This document shows, piece by piece, positions 10,935-25,300 of a DNA stretch of 64,000 nucleotides. The first letter of the stretch is position 1. Every line of letters starts with the position of its first letter. Under the pieces are notes generated by a model, which was given only the letters and a program-made list of their open reading frames with translations, was not told the origin of the DNA and did no database searches. The translations under genes and the position numbers were made by a program. Source of the DNA: Auanema rhodensis (taxonomy: Eukaryota; Animalia; Nematoda); NCBI GenBank assembly GCA_964057225.1, contig OZ059896.1, positions 18,848,001-18,912,000 of the forward strand. The letters are read 5' to 3'.

Positions 10935-13900
10935 AATGTAGTTGATTTTTTCATCGATTCTAGGTCTGAAAAAATAATAATATGCAATAATACTTTTATT
11001 TTAGTACCTTATGAGAAAACCTTCGGAGAATTTTTGAAATTTTCTCACTCTGAATAGGAACATTCTCGAGAATATTATCACTGCATTTGTTTTACTGCTA
11101 GTATTTTTTTCAATTGTATGAGATAATACAGAATAAAACATGTAATTTATCAGGTAATGTTTTTTTTAAAACAAAAAATCACGACCCTGGCAGGACTCGA
11201 ACCTACAATCTTCGGATCCGAAGTCCGACGCCTTATCCATTAGGCCACAAGGCCATGTAAATCGCATTCAAATTAGACAATTTGTATAACCCAACCCAGT
11301 AACTCACTAAAATGTAGTTGATTTTTTCATCGATTCTAGGTCTGAAAAAATAATAATATGCAATAATACTTTTATTTTAGTACCTTATGAGAAAACCTTC
11401 GGAGAATTTTTGAAATTTTCTCACTCTGAATAGGAACATTCTCGAGAATATTATCACTGCATTTGTTTTACTGCTAGTATTTTTTTCAATTGTATGAGAT
11501 AATACAGAATAAAACATGTAATTTATCAGGTAATGATTTTTTTAAAACAAAGAATAACGACCCTGGCAGGACTCGAACCTACAATCTTCGGATCCGAAGT
11601 CCGACGCCTTATCCATTAGGCCACAAGGCCATGCAAATCGCATTCAAATTAGACAATTTGTATAACCCAACCCAGTAACTCACTAAAATGTAGTTGATTT
11701 TTTCATCGATTCTAGGTCTGAAAAAATGATAATATGAAATAATACTTTTATTTTAGTACCTTATGAGAAAACCTTCTTGAAATTTTAGATATTTTCTCAC
11801 TCTGAATAGGAACATTCTCGAGAATATTAACACTACATTTGTTTTACTGCTAGTATTTTTTTCAATTGTTTGAGATAATACAGAATAACACATGTAAACT
11901 ATCAGGTAATGATTTTTTTAAAACAAAAAATAACGACCCTGGCAGGACTCGAACCTACAATCTTCGGATCCGAAGTCCGACGCCTTATCCATTAGGCCAC
12001 AAGGCCATGTAAATCGCATTCAAATTAGACAATTTGTATAACCCAACCCAGTAACTCACTAAAATGTAGTTGATTTTTTCATCGATTCTAGGTCTGAAAA
12101 AATAATAATATGCAATAATACTTTTATTTTAGTACCTTATGAGAAAACCTTCGGAGAATTTTTGAAATTTTCTCACTCTGAATAGGAACATTCTCGAGAA
12201 TATTATCACTGCATTTGTTTTACTGCTAGTATTTTTTTCAATTGTATGAGATAATACAGAATAAAACATGTAATTTATCAGGTAATGATTTTTTTAAAAC
12301 AAAAAATAACGACCCTGGCAGGACTCGAACCTACAATCTTCGGATCCGAAGTCCGACGCCTTATCCATTAGGCCACAAGGCCATGTAAATCGCATTCAAA
12401 TTAGACAATTTGTATAACCCAACCCAGTAACTCACTAAAATGTAGTTGATTTTTTCATCGATTCTAGGTCTGAAAAAATAATAATATGCAATAATACTTT
12501 TATTTTAGTACCTTATGAGAAAACCTTCGGAGAATTTTTGAAATTTTCTCACTCTGAATAGGAACATTCTCGAGAATATTATCACTGCATTTGTTTTACT
12601 GCTAGTATTTTTTTCAATTGTATGAGATAATACAGAATAAAACATGTAATTTATCAGGTAATGATTTTTTTAAAACAAAGAATAACGACCCTGGCAGGAC
12701 TCGAACCTACAATCTTCGGATCCGAAGTCCGACGCCTTATCCATTAGGCCACAAGGCCATGCAAATCGCATTCAAATTAGACAATTTGTATAACCCAACC
12801 CAGTAACTCACTAAAATGTAGTTGATTTTTTCATCGATTCTAGGTCTGAAAAAATGATAATATGAAATAATACTTTTATTTTAGTACCTTATGAGAAAAC
12901 CTTCTTGAAATTTTAGATTTTTTCTCACTCTGAATAGGAACATTCTCGAGAATATTAACACTACATTTGTTTTACTGCTAGTATTTTTTTCAATTGTTTG
13001 AGATAATACAGAATAACACATGTAAACTATCAGGTAATGATTTTTTTAAAACAAAAAATAACGACCCTGGCAGGACTCGAACCTACAATCTTCGGATCCG
13101 AAGTCCGACGCCTTATCCATTAGGCCACAAGGCCATGTAAATCGCATTCAAATTAGACAATTTGTATAACCCAACCCAGTAACTCACTAAAATGTAGTTG
13201 ATTTTTTCATCGATTCTAGGTCTGAAAAAATAATAATATGAAATAATACTTTTATTTTAGTACCTTATGAGAAAACCTTCGGGAAATTTTTGATATTTTC
13301 TCACTCTGAATAGGAACATTCTCGAGAATATTATCACTGCATTTGTTTTACTGCTAGTATTTTTTTCAATTGTTTGAGATAATACAGAATAAAACATGTA
13401 ATTTATCAGGTAATGATTTTTTTAAAACAAAAAATAACGACCCTGGCAGGACTCGAACCTACATTCTTCGGATCCGAAGTCCGACGCCTTATCCATTAGG
13501 CCACAAGGCCATGTAAATCGCATTCAAATTAGACAATTTGTATAACCCAACCCAGTAACTCACTAAAATGTAGTTGATTTTTTCATCGATTCTAGGTCTG
13601 AAAAAATAATAATATGCAATAATACTTTTATTTTAGTACCTTATGAGAAAACCTTCGGAGAATTTTTGAAATTTTCTCACTCTGAATAGGAACATTCTCG
13701 AGAATATTATCACTGCATTTGTTTTACTGCTAGTATTTTTTTCAATTGTATGAGATAATACAGAATAAAACATGTAATTTATCAGGTAATGATTTTTTTA
13801 AAACAAAGAATAACGACCCTGGCAGGACTCGAACCTACAATCTTCGGATCCGAAGTCCGACGCCTTATCCATTAGGCCACAAGGCCATGCAAATCGCATT

Positions 13901-16281
13901 CAAATTAGACAATTTGTATAACCCAACCCAGTAACTCACTAAAATGTAGTTGATTTTTTCATCGATTCTAGGTCTGAAAAAATGATAATATGAAATAATA
14001 CTTTTATTTTAGTACCTTATGAGAAAACCTTCTTGAAATTTTAGATTTTTTCTCACTCTGAATAGGAACATTCTCGAGAATATTAACACTACATTTGTTT
14101 TACTGCTAGTATTTTTTTCAATTGTTTGAGATAATACAGAATAACACATGTAAACTATCAGGTAATGATTTTTTTAAAACAAAAAATAACGACCCTGGCA
14201 GGACTCGAACCTACAATCTTCGGATCCGAAGTCCGACGCCTTATCCATTAGGCCACAAGGCCATGTAAATCGCATTCAAATTAGACAATTTGTATAACCC
14301 AACCCAGTAACTCACTAAAATGTAGTTGATTTTTTCATCGATTCTAGGTCTGAAAAAATAATAATATGAAATAATACTTTTATTTTAGTACCTTATGAGA
14401 AAACCTTCGGGAAATTTTTGATATTTTCTCACTCTGAATAGGAACATTCTCGAGAATATTATCACTGCATTTGTTTTACTGCTAGTATTTTTTTCAATTG
14501 TTTGAGATAATACAGAATAAAACATGTAATTTATCAGGTAATGATTTTTTTAAAACAAAAAATAACGACCCTGGCAGGACTCGAACCTACAATCTTCGGA
14601 TCCGAAGTCCGACGCCTTATCCATTAGGCCACAAGGCCATGTAAATCGCATTCTAATTAGACAATTTGTATAACCCAACCCAGTAACTCACTAAAATGTA
14701 GTTAATTTTTTTTATCGATTCTAGGTCTGAAAAAATAATAATATGCAATAATACTTTTATTTTAGTACCTTATGAGAAAACCTTCGGAGAATTTTTGAAA
14801 TTTTCTCACTCTGAATAGGAACATTCTCGAGAATATTATCACTGCATTTGTTTTACTGCTAGTATTTTTTTCAATTGTATGAGATAATACAGAATAAAAC
14901 ATGTAATTTATCAGGTAATGATTTTTTTAAAACAAAAAATAACGACCCTGGCAGGACTCGAACCTACAATCTTCGGATCCGAAGTCCGACGCCTTATCCA
15001 TTAGGCCACAAGGCCATGTAAATCGCATTCAAATTAGACAATTTGTATAACCCAACCCAGTAACTCACTAAAATGTAGTTGATTTTTTCATCGATTCTAG
15101 GTCTGAAAAAATAATAATATGAAATAATACTTTTATTTTAGTACCTTATGAGAAAACCTTCGGGAAATTTTTGATATTTTCTCACTCTGAATAGGAACAT
15201 TCTCGAGAATATTATCACTGCATTTGTTTTACTGCTAGTATTTTTTTCAATTGTTTGAGATAATACAGAATAAAACATGTAATTTATCAGGTAATGATTT
15301 TTTTAAAACAAAAAATAACGACCCTGGCAGGACTCGAACCTACAATCTTCGGATCCGAAGTCCGACGCCTTATCCATTAGGCCACAAGGCCATGTAAATC
15401 GCATTCTAATTAGACAATTTGTATAACCCAACCCAGTAACTCACTAAAATGTAGTTAATTTTTTTTATTGATTCTAGGTCTGAAAAAATAATAATATGAA
15501 ATAATACTTTTATTTTAGTACCTTATGAGAAAACCTTCGGAAAATTTTTGTTATTTTCTCACTCTGTATAGGAACATTCTCGAGAATATTATCACTGCAT
15601 TTTTTTCAATTGTATGAGATAATACAGAATAAAACATGTAAACTATCAGGTAATAATTTTTTTAAAACAAAAAATAACGACCCTGGCAGGACTCGAACCT
15701 ACAATCTTCGGATCCGAAGTCCGACGCCTTATCCATTAGGCCACAAGGCCATGTAAATCGCATTCAAATTAGACAATTTGTATAACCCAACCCAGTAACT
15801 CACTAAAATGTAGTTGAATTTTTTTATCGATTCTAGGTCTGAAAAAATAATAATATGAATTAATTCTTTTATTTTAGTACCTTATGAGAAAACCTTCGGG
15901 AAATTTTTGATATTATCACTGCATTTTCTTCAATTGTATGAGATAATACAGAATAAAACATGTAAACTATCAGGTAATAACTGTTTGTTTCAAAAAAATC
16001 ATTACCTGATAGTTTACATGTTTTATTCTGTATTATCTCATACAATTGAAAAAAATACTAGCAGTAAAACAAATGCAGTGATAATATTCTCGAGAATGTT
16101 CCTATACAGAGTGAGAAAATATCAAAAATTTCCCGAAGGTTTTCTCATAAGGTACTAAAATAAAAGTATTAATTCATATTATTATTTTTTCAGACCTAGA
16201 ATCGATAAAAAAAATAAACTACATTTTAGTGAGTTACTGGGTTGGGTTATACAAATTGTCTAATTTGAATGCGATTTACAT

Positions 16282-16354
16282 GGCCTTGTGGCCTAATGGA
16301 TAAGGCGTCGGACTTCGGATCCGAAGATTGTAGGTTCGAGTCCTGCCAGGGTCG
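16282..16354 (+). tRNA. tRNA-Arg(TCG), first plus-strand copy (consensus)
   Basis: GGCCTTGTGGCCTAATGGATAAGGCGTCGGACTTCGGATCCGAAGATTGTAGGTTCGAGTCCTGCCAGGGTCG; all four stems pair. Confidence 0.97.
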
Positions 16355-16357
16355 TTA

Positions 16358-16363
16358 TTTTTT
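16358..16363 (+). terminator. Pol III terminator (T6), representative of most units
   Basis: TTTTTT 3 nt after the discriminator base. Confidence 0.85.
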
Positions 16364-19300
16364 GTTTCAAAAAAATCATTACCTGATAGTTTACATGTTT
16401 TATTCTGTATTATCTCATACAATTGAAAAAAATACTAGCAGTAAAACAAATGCAGTGATAATATTCTCGAGAATGTTCCTATACAGAGTGAGAAAATATC
16501 AAAAATTTCCCGAAGGTTTTCTCATAAGGTACTAAAATAAAAGTATTATTTCATATTATTATTTTTTCAGACCTAGAATCGATAAAAAAAATCAACTACA
16601 TTTTAGTGAGTTACTGGATTGGGTTATACAAATTGTCTAATTTGAATGCGATTTAGATGGCCTTGTGGTCTAATGGATAAGGCGTCGGACTTCGGATCCG
16701 AAGATTGTAGGTTCGAGTCCTGCCAGGGTCGTTATTTTTTGTTTTAAAAAAATCATTACCTGATAGTTTACATGTGTTATTCTGTATTATCTCAAACAAT
16801 TGAAAAAAATACTAGCAATAAAACAAATGCAGTGATAATATTCTCGAAAATGTTCCTATTCAGAGTGAGAAAACATCAAAAATTTCCCGAAGGTTTTCTC
16901 ATAAGGTACTAAAATAAAAGTATTATTTCATATTATTATTTTTTCAGACCTAGAATCGATAAAAAAAATCAACTACATTTTAGTGAGTTACTGCATTGGG
17001 TTATACAAATTGTCTAATTTGAATGCGATTTAGATGGCCTTGTGGTCTAATGGATAAGGCGTCGGACTTCGGATCCGAAGATTGTAGGTTCGAGTCCTGC
17101 CAGGGTCGTTATTTTTTGTTTTAAAAAAATCATTACCTGATAGTTTACATGTGTTATTCTGTATTATCTCAAACAATTGAAAAAAATACTAGCAATAAAA
17201 CAAATGCAGTGATAATATTCTCGAAAATGTTTCTATTCAGAATGAGAAAACATCAAAAATTTCCCGAAGGTTTTCTCATAAGGTACTAAAATAAAAGTAT
17301 TATTTCATATTATTATTTTTTCAGACCTAGAATCGATAAAAAAAATCTACTACTTTTTAGTGAGTTACTGGGTTGGGTTATACAAATTGTCTAATTTGAA
17401 TGCGATTTACATGGCCTTGTGGCCTAATGGATAAGGCGTCGGACTTCGGATCCGAAGATTGTAGGTTCGAGTCCTGCCAGGGTCGTTATTTTTTGTTTCA
17501 AAAAAATCATTACCTGATAGTTTACATGTTTTATTCTGTATTATCTCATACAATTGAAAAAAATACTAGCAGTAAAACAAATGCAGTGATAATATTCTCG
17601 AGAATGTTCCTATACAGAGTGAGAAAAAATCAAAAATTTCCCGAAGGTTTTCTCATAAGGTACTAAAATAAAAGTATTATTTCATATTATTATTTTTTCA
17701 GACCTAGAATCGATAAAAAAATTAACTACATTTTAGTGAGTTACTGGGTTGGGTTATACAAATTGTCTAATTAGAATGCGATTTACATGGCCTTGTGGCC
17801 TAATGGATAAGGCGTCGGACTTCGGATCCGAAGATTTTAGGTTCGAGTCCTGCCACGGTCGTTATTTTTTGTTTCAAAAAAATCATTACCTGATAGTTTA
17901 CATGTTTTATTCTGTATTATCTCATACAATTGAAAAAAATACTAGCAGTAAAACAAATACAGTGATAATATTCTCGAGAATGTTCCTATACAGAGTGAGA
18001 AAATATCAAAAATTCTCCGAAGGTTTTCTCATAAGGTACTAAAATAAAAAAATTATTTCATATTATTATTTTTCCAGACCTAGAATCGATAAAAAAAATC
18101 AACTACATTTCAGTGAGTTACTGGGTTGGGTTATACAAATTGTCTAATTTGAATGCGATTTACATGGCCTTGTGGCCTAATGGATAAGGCGTCGGACTTC
18201 GGATCCGAAGATTGTAGGTTCGAGTCCTGCCAGGGTCGTTATTTTTTGTTTTAAAAAAATCATTACCTGATAGTTTACATGTTTTATTCTGTATTATCTC
18301 ATACAATTGATAAAAATACTAGCAGTAAAACAAATGCAGTGATAATATTCTCGAGAATGTTCCTATACAGAGTGAGAAAATATCAAAAATTTCCCGAAGG
18401 TTTTCTCATAAGGTACTAAAATAAAAGTATTAATTCATATTATTATTTTTTCAGACCTAGAATCGATAAAAAAAATAAACTACATTTTAGTGAGTTACTG
18501 GGTTGGGTTATACAAATTGTCTAATTTGAATGCGATTTACATGGCCTTGTGGCCTAATGGATAAGGCGTCGGACTTCGGATCCGAAGATTGTAGGTTCGA
18601 GTCCTGCCAGGGTCGTTATTTTTTGTTTCAAAAAAATCATTACCTGATAGTTTACATGTTTTATTCTGTATTATCTCATACAATTGATAAAAATACTAGC
18701 AGTAAAACAAATGCAGTGATAATATTCTCGAGAATGTTCCTATACAGAGTGAGAAAATATCAAAAATTTCCCGAAGGTTTTCTCATAAGGTACTAAAATA
18801 AAAGTATTATTTCATATTATTATTTTTTCAGACCTAGAATCGATAAAAAAAATCAACTACATTTTAGTGAGTTACTGGATTGGGTTATACAAATTGTCTA
18901 ATTTGAATGCGATTTAGATGGCCTTGTGGTCTAATGGATAAGGCGTCGGACTTCGGATCCGAAGATTGTAGGTTCGAGTCCTGCCAGGGTCGTTATTTTT
19001 TGTTTTAAAAAAATCATTACCTGATAGTTTACATGTGTTATTCTGTATTATCTCAAACAATTGAAAAAAATACTAGCAATAAAACAAATGCAGTGATAAT
19101 ATTCTCGAAAATGTTCCTATTCAGAGTGAGAAAACATCAAAAATTTCCCGAAGGTTTTCTCATAAGGTACTAAAATAAAAGTATTATTTCATATTATTAT
19201 TTTTTCAGACCTAGAATCGATAAAAAAAATCAACTACATTTTAGTGAGTTACTGGATTGGGTTATACAAATTGTCTAATTTGAATGCGATTTAGATGGCC

Positions 19301-22300
19301 TTGTGGTCTAATGGATAAGGCGTCGGACTTCGGATCCGAAGATTGTAGGTTCGAGTCCTGCCAGGGTCGTTATTTTTTGTTTTAAAAAAATCATTACCTG
19401 ATAGTTTACATGTGTTATTCTGTATTATCTCAAACAATTGAAAAAAATACTAGCAATAAAACAAATGCAGTGATAATATTCTCGAAAATGTTTCTATTCA
19501 GAGTGAGAAAACATCAAAAATTTCCCGAAGGTTTTCTCATAAGGTACTAAAATAAAAGTATTATTTCATATTATTATTTTTTCAGACCTAGAATCGATAA
19601 AAAAAATCTACTACTTTTTAGTGAGTTACTGGGTTGGGTTATACAAATTGTCTAATTTGAATGCGATTTACATGGCCTTGTGGCCTAATGGATAAGGCGT
19701 TGGACTTCGGATCCGAAGATTGTAGGTTCGAGTCCTGCCAGGGTCGTTATTTTTTGTTTCAAAAAAATCATTACCTGATAGTTTACATGTTTTATTCTGT
19801 ATTATCTCATACAATTGAAAAAAATACTAGCAGTAAAACAAATGCAGTGATAATATTCTCGAGAATGTTCCTATACAGAGTGAGAAAATATCAAAAATTT
19901 CCCGAAGGTTTTCTCATAAGGTACTAAAATAAAAGTATTATTTCATATTATTATTTTTTCAGACCTAGAATCGATAAAAAAAATCAACTACATTTTAGTG
20001 AGTTACTGCATTGGGTTATACAAATTGTCTAATTAGAATGCGATTTACATGGCCTTGTGGCCTAATGGATAAGGCGTCGGACTTCGGATCCGAAGATTTT
20101 AGGTTCGAGTCCTGCCACGGTCGTTATTTTTTGTTTCAAAAAAATCATTACCTGATAGTTTACATGTTTTATTCTGTATTATCTCATACAATTGAAAAAA
20201 ATACTAGCAGTAAAACAAATGCAGTGATAATATTCTCGAGAATGTTCCTATACAGAGTGAGAAAATATCAAAAATTCTCCGAAGGTTTTCTCATAAGGTA
20301 CTAAAATAAAAAAATTATTTCATATTATTATTTTTCCAGACCTAGAATCGATAAAAAAAATCAACTACATTTCAGTGAGTTACTGGGTTGGGTTATACAA
20401 ATTGTCTAATTTGGATGCGATTTACATGGCCTTGTGGCCTAATGGATAAGGCGTCGGACTTCGGATCCGAAGATTGTAGGTTCGAGTCCTGCCAGGGTCG
20501 TTATTTTTTGTTTTAAAAAAATCATTACCTGATAGTTTACATGTTTTATTCTGTATTATCTCATACAATTGGAAAAAATACTAGCAGTAAAACAAATGCA
20601 GTGATAATATTCTCGAGAATGTTCCTATTCAGAGTGCGAAAGTATCAAAAATTTCCCGAAGGTTTTCTCATAAGGTATTAAAATAAAAGTATTATTTCAT
20701 ATTATTATTTTTCCAGACCTAGAATAGATAAAAAAAATTAACTACATTTTAGTGAGTTACTGGGTTGGGTTATACAAATTGTCTAATTTGAATGCGATTT
20801 ACATGGCCTTGTGGCCTAATGGATAAGGCGTCGGACTTCGGATCCGAAGATTGTAGGTTCGAGTCCTGCCAGGGTCGTTATTTTTTGTTTCAAAAAAATG
20901 ATTACCTGATAGTTTACATGTTTTATTCTGTATTATCTCATACAATTGAAAAAAATACTAGCAGTAAAACAAATGCAGTGATAATATTCTCGAGAATGTT
21001 CCTATACAGAGTGAGAAAATATCAAAAATTCTCCGAAGGTTTTCTCATAAGGTACTAAAATAAAAAAATTATTTCATATTATTATTTTTCCAGACCTAGA
21101 ATCGATAAAAAAAATCAACTACATTTCAGTGAGTTACTGGGTTGGGTTATACAAATTGTCTAATTTGAATGCGATTTACATGGCCTTGTGGCCTAATGGA
21201 TAAGGCGTCGGACTTCGGATCCGAAGATTGTAGGTTCGAGTCCTGCCAGGGTCGTTATTTTTTGTTTTAAAAAAATCATTACCTGATAGTTTACATGTTT
21301 TATTCTGTATTATCTCATACAATTGAAAAAAATACTAGCAGTAAAACAAATGCAGTGATAATATTCTCGAGAATGTTCCTATTCAGAGTGCGAAAGTATC
21401 AAAAATTTCCCGAAGGTTTTCTCATAAGGTATTAAAATAAAAGTATTATTTCATATTATTATTTTTCCAGACCTAGAATCGATAAAAAAAATTAACTACA
21501 TTTTAGTGAGTTACTGGGTTGGGTTATACAAATTGTCTAATTTGAATGCGATTTACATGGCCTTGTGGCCTAATGGATAAGGCGTCGGACTTCGGATCCG
21601 AAGATTGTAGGTTCGAGTCCTGCCAGGGTCGTTATTTTTTGTTTAAAAAAAATCATTACCTGATAGTTTACATGTTTTATTCTGTATTATCTCATACAAT
21701 TGAAAAAAATACTAGCAGTAAAACAAATGCAGTGATAATATTCTCGAAAATGTTCCTATTCAGAGTGCGAAAGTATCAAAAATTTCCCGAAGGTTTTCTC
21801 ATAAGGTACTAAAATAAAAGTATTATTTCATATTATTATTTTTTCAGACCTAGAATCGATAAAAAAAATTAACTACATTTCAGTGAGTTACTGGGTTGGG
21901 TTATACAAATTGTCTAATTTGAATGCGATTTACATGGCCTTGTGGCCTAATGGATAAGGCGTCGGACTTCGGATCCGAAGATTGTAGGTTCGAGTCCTGC
22001 CAGGGTCGTTATTTTTTGTTTCAAAAAAATGATTACCTGATAGTTTACATGTTTTATTCTGTATTATCTCATACAATTGAAAAAAATACTAGCAGTAAAA
22101 CAAATGCAGTGATAATATTCTCGAGAATGTTCCTATACAGAGTGAGAAAATATCAAAAATTCTCCGAAGGTTTTCTCATAAGGTACTAAAATAAAAAAAT
22201 TATTTCATATTATTATTTTTCCAGACCTAGAATCGATAAAAAAAATCAACTACATTTCAGTGAGTTACTGGGTTGGGTTATACAAATTGTCTAATTTGAA

Positions 22301-25300
22301 TGCGATTTACATGGCCTTGTGGCCTAATGGATAAGGCGTCGGACTTCGGATCCGAAGATTGTAGGTTCGAGTCCTGCCAGGGTCGTTATTTTTTGTTTCA
22401 AAAAAATGATTACCTGATAGTTTACATGTTTTATTCTGTATTATCTCATACAATTGAAAAAAATACTAGCAGTAAAACAAATGCAGTGATAATATTCTCG
22501 AGAATGTTCCTATACAGAGTGAGAAAATATCAAAAATTCTCCGAAGGTTTTCTCATAAGGTACTAAAATAAAAAAATTATTTCATATTATTATTTTTCCA
22601 GACCTAGAATCGATAAAAAAAATCAACTACATTTCAGTGAGTTACTGGGTTGGGTTATACAAATTGTCTAATTTGAATGCGATTTACATGGCCTTGTGGC
22701 CTAATGGATAAGGCGTCGGACTTCGGATCCGAAGATTGTAGGTTCGAGTCCTGCCAGGGTCGTTATTTTTTGTTTTAAAAAAATCATTACCTGATAGTTT
22801 ACATGTTTTATTCTGTATTATCTCATACAATTGAAAAAAATACTAGCAGTAAAACAAATGCAGTGATAATATTCTCGAGAATGTTCCTATTCAGAGTGCG
22901 AAAGTATCAAAAATTTCCCGAAGGTTTTCTCATAAGGTATTAAAATAAAAGTATTATTTCATATTATTATTTTTCCAGACCTAGAATCGATAAAAAAAAT
23001 TAACTACATTTCAGTGAGTTACTGGGTTGGGTTATACAAATTGTCTAATTTGAATGCGATTTACATGGCCTTGTGGCCTAATGGATAAGGCGTCGGACTT
23101 CGGATCCGAAGATTGTAGGTTCGAGTCCTGCCAGGGTCGTTATTTTTTGTTTCAAAAAAATGATTACCTGATAGTTTACATGTTTTATTCTGTATTATCT
23201 CATACAATTGAAAAAAATACTAGCAGTAAAACAAATGCAGTGATAATATTCTCGAGAATGTTCCTATACAGAGTGAGAAAATATCAAAAATTCTCCGAAG
23301 GTTTTCTCATAAGGTACTAAAATAAAAAAATTATTTCATATTATTATTTTTCCAGACCTAGAATCGATAAAAAAAATCAACTACATTTCAGTGAGTTACT
23401 GGGTTGGGTTATACAAATTGTCTAATTTGAATGCGATTTACATGGCCTTGTGGCCTAATGGATAAGGCGTCGGACTTCGGATCCGAAGATTGTAGGTTCG
23501 AGTCCTGCCAGGGTCGTTATTTTTTGTTTTAAAAAAATCATTACCTGATAGTTTACATGTTTTATTCTGTATTATCTCATACAATTGAAAAAAATGCAGT
23601 GATAATATTCTCGAGAATGTTCCTATACAGAGTGAGAAAATATCAAAAATTTCCCGAAGGTTTTCTCATAAGGTACTAAAATAAAAGTATTATTCCATAT
23701 TATTATTTTTTCAGACCTAGAATCGATAAAAAAATTAACTACATTTTAGTGAGTTACTGGGTTGGGTTATACAAATTGTCTAATTTGATTGCGATTTACA
23801 TGGCCTTGTGGCCTAATGGATAAGGCGTCGGACTTCGGATCCGAAGATTGTAGGTTCGAGTCCTGCCAGGGTCGTTATTTTTTGTTTCAAAAAAATCATT
23901 ACCTGATAGTTTACATGTTTTATTCTGTATTATCTCATACAATTGAAAAAAATACTAGCAGTAAAACAAATGCAGTGATAATATTCTCGAGAATGTTCCT
24001 ATACAGAGTGAGAAAATATCAAAAATTTCCCGAAGGTTTTCTCATAAGGTACTAAAATAAAAGTATTAATTCATATTATTATTTTTTCAGACCTAGAATC
24101 GATAAAAAAAATAAACTACATTTTAGTGAGTTACTGGGTTGGGTTATACAAATTGTCTAATTTGAATGCGATTTACATGGCCTTGTGGCCTAATGGATAA
24201 GGCGTCGGACTTCGGATCCGAAGATTGTAGGTTCGAGTCCTGCCAGGGTCGTTATTTTTTGTTTCAAAAAAATGATTACCTGATAGTTTACATGTTTTAT
24301 TCTGTATTATCTCATACAATTGAAAAAAATACTAGCAGTAAAACAAATGCAGTGATAATATTCTCGAGAATGTTCCTATACAGAGTGAGAAAATATCAAA
24401 AATTCTCCGAAGGTTTTCTCATAAGGTACTAAAATAAAAAAATTATTTCATATTATTATTTTTCCAGACCTAGAATCGATAAAAAAAATCAACTACATTT
24501 CAGTGAGTTACTGGGTTGGGTTATACAAATTGTCTAATTTGAATGCGATTTACATGGCCTTGTGGCCTAATGGATAAGGCGTCGGACTTCGGATCCGAAG
24601 ATTGTAGGTTCGAGTCCTGCCAGGGTCGTTATTTTTTGTTTTAAAAAAATCATTACCTGATAGTTTACATGTTTTATTCTGTATTATCTCATACAATTGA
24701 AAAAAATACTAGCAGTAAAACAAATGCAGTGATAATATTCTCGAGAATGTTCCTATTCAGAGTGCGAAAGTATCAAAAATTTCCCGAAGGTTTTCTCATA
24801 AGGTATTAAAATAAAAGTATTATTTCATATTATTATTTTTCCAGACCTAGAATCGATAAAAAAAATTAACTACATTTTAGTGAGTTACTGGGTTGGGTTA
24901 TACAAATTGTCTAATTTGAATGCGATTTACATGGCCTTGTGGCCTAATGGATAAGGCGTCGGACTTCGGATCCGAAGATTGTAGGTTCGAGTCCTGCCAG
25001 GGTCGTTATTTTTTGTTTTAAAAAAATCATTACCTGATAGTTTACATGTTTTATTCTGTATTATCTCATACAATTGAAAAAAATACTAGCAGTAAAACAA
25101 ATGCAGTGATAATATTCTCGAAAATGTTCCTATTCAGAGTGCGAAAGTATCAAAAATTTCCCGAAGGTTTTCTCATAAGGTACTAAAATAAAAGTATTAT
25201 TTCATATTATTATTTTTTCAGACCTAGAATCGATAAAAAAAATCAACTACATTTCAGTGAGTTACTGGGTTGGGTTATACAAATTGTCTAATTTGAATGC

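Larger units (their letters stand above)
4349..15980 (-). repeat. tRNA-Arg(TCG) tandem array, minus-strand arm (about 376-bp unit; 17 full and 2 truncated genes; interrupted by two copies of the B fragment)
   Basis: Genes begin at + coordinates 4594, 7512, 7888, 8264, 11182 ... 15678; 1128-bp three-unit periodicity. Confidence 0.97.

Noticed and set aside
16086-16097. Spacer palindrome ATTCTCGAGAAT (STAT/HSE-like)
   Set aside because: Frequently mutated among units (CGAAAA, CGATAA, CCAGAA), with no evidence of constraint.
16239-16249. Telomere-like GGGTTGGGTTA upstream of each tRNA
   Set aside because: Only two G-tracts per unit; too short for a telomeric array or G-quadruplex.
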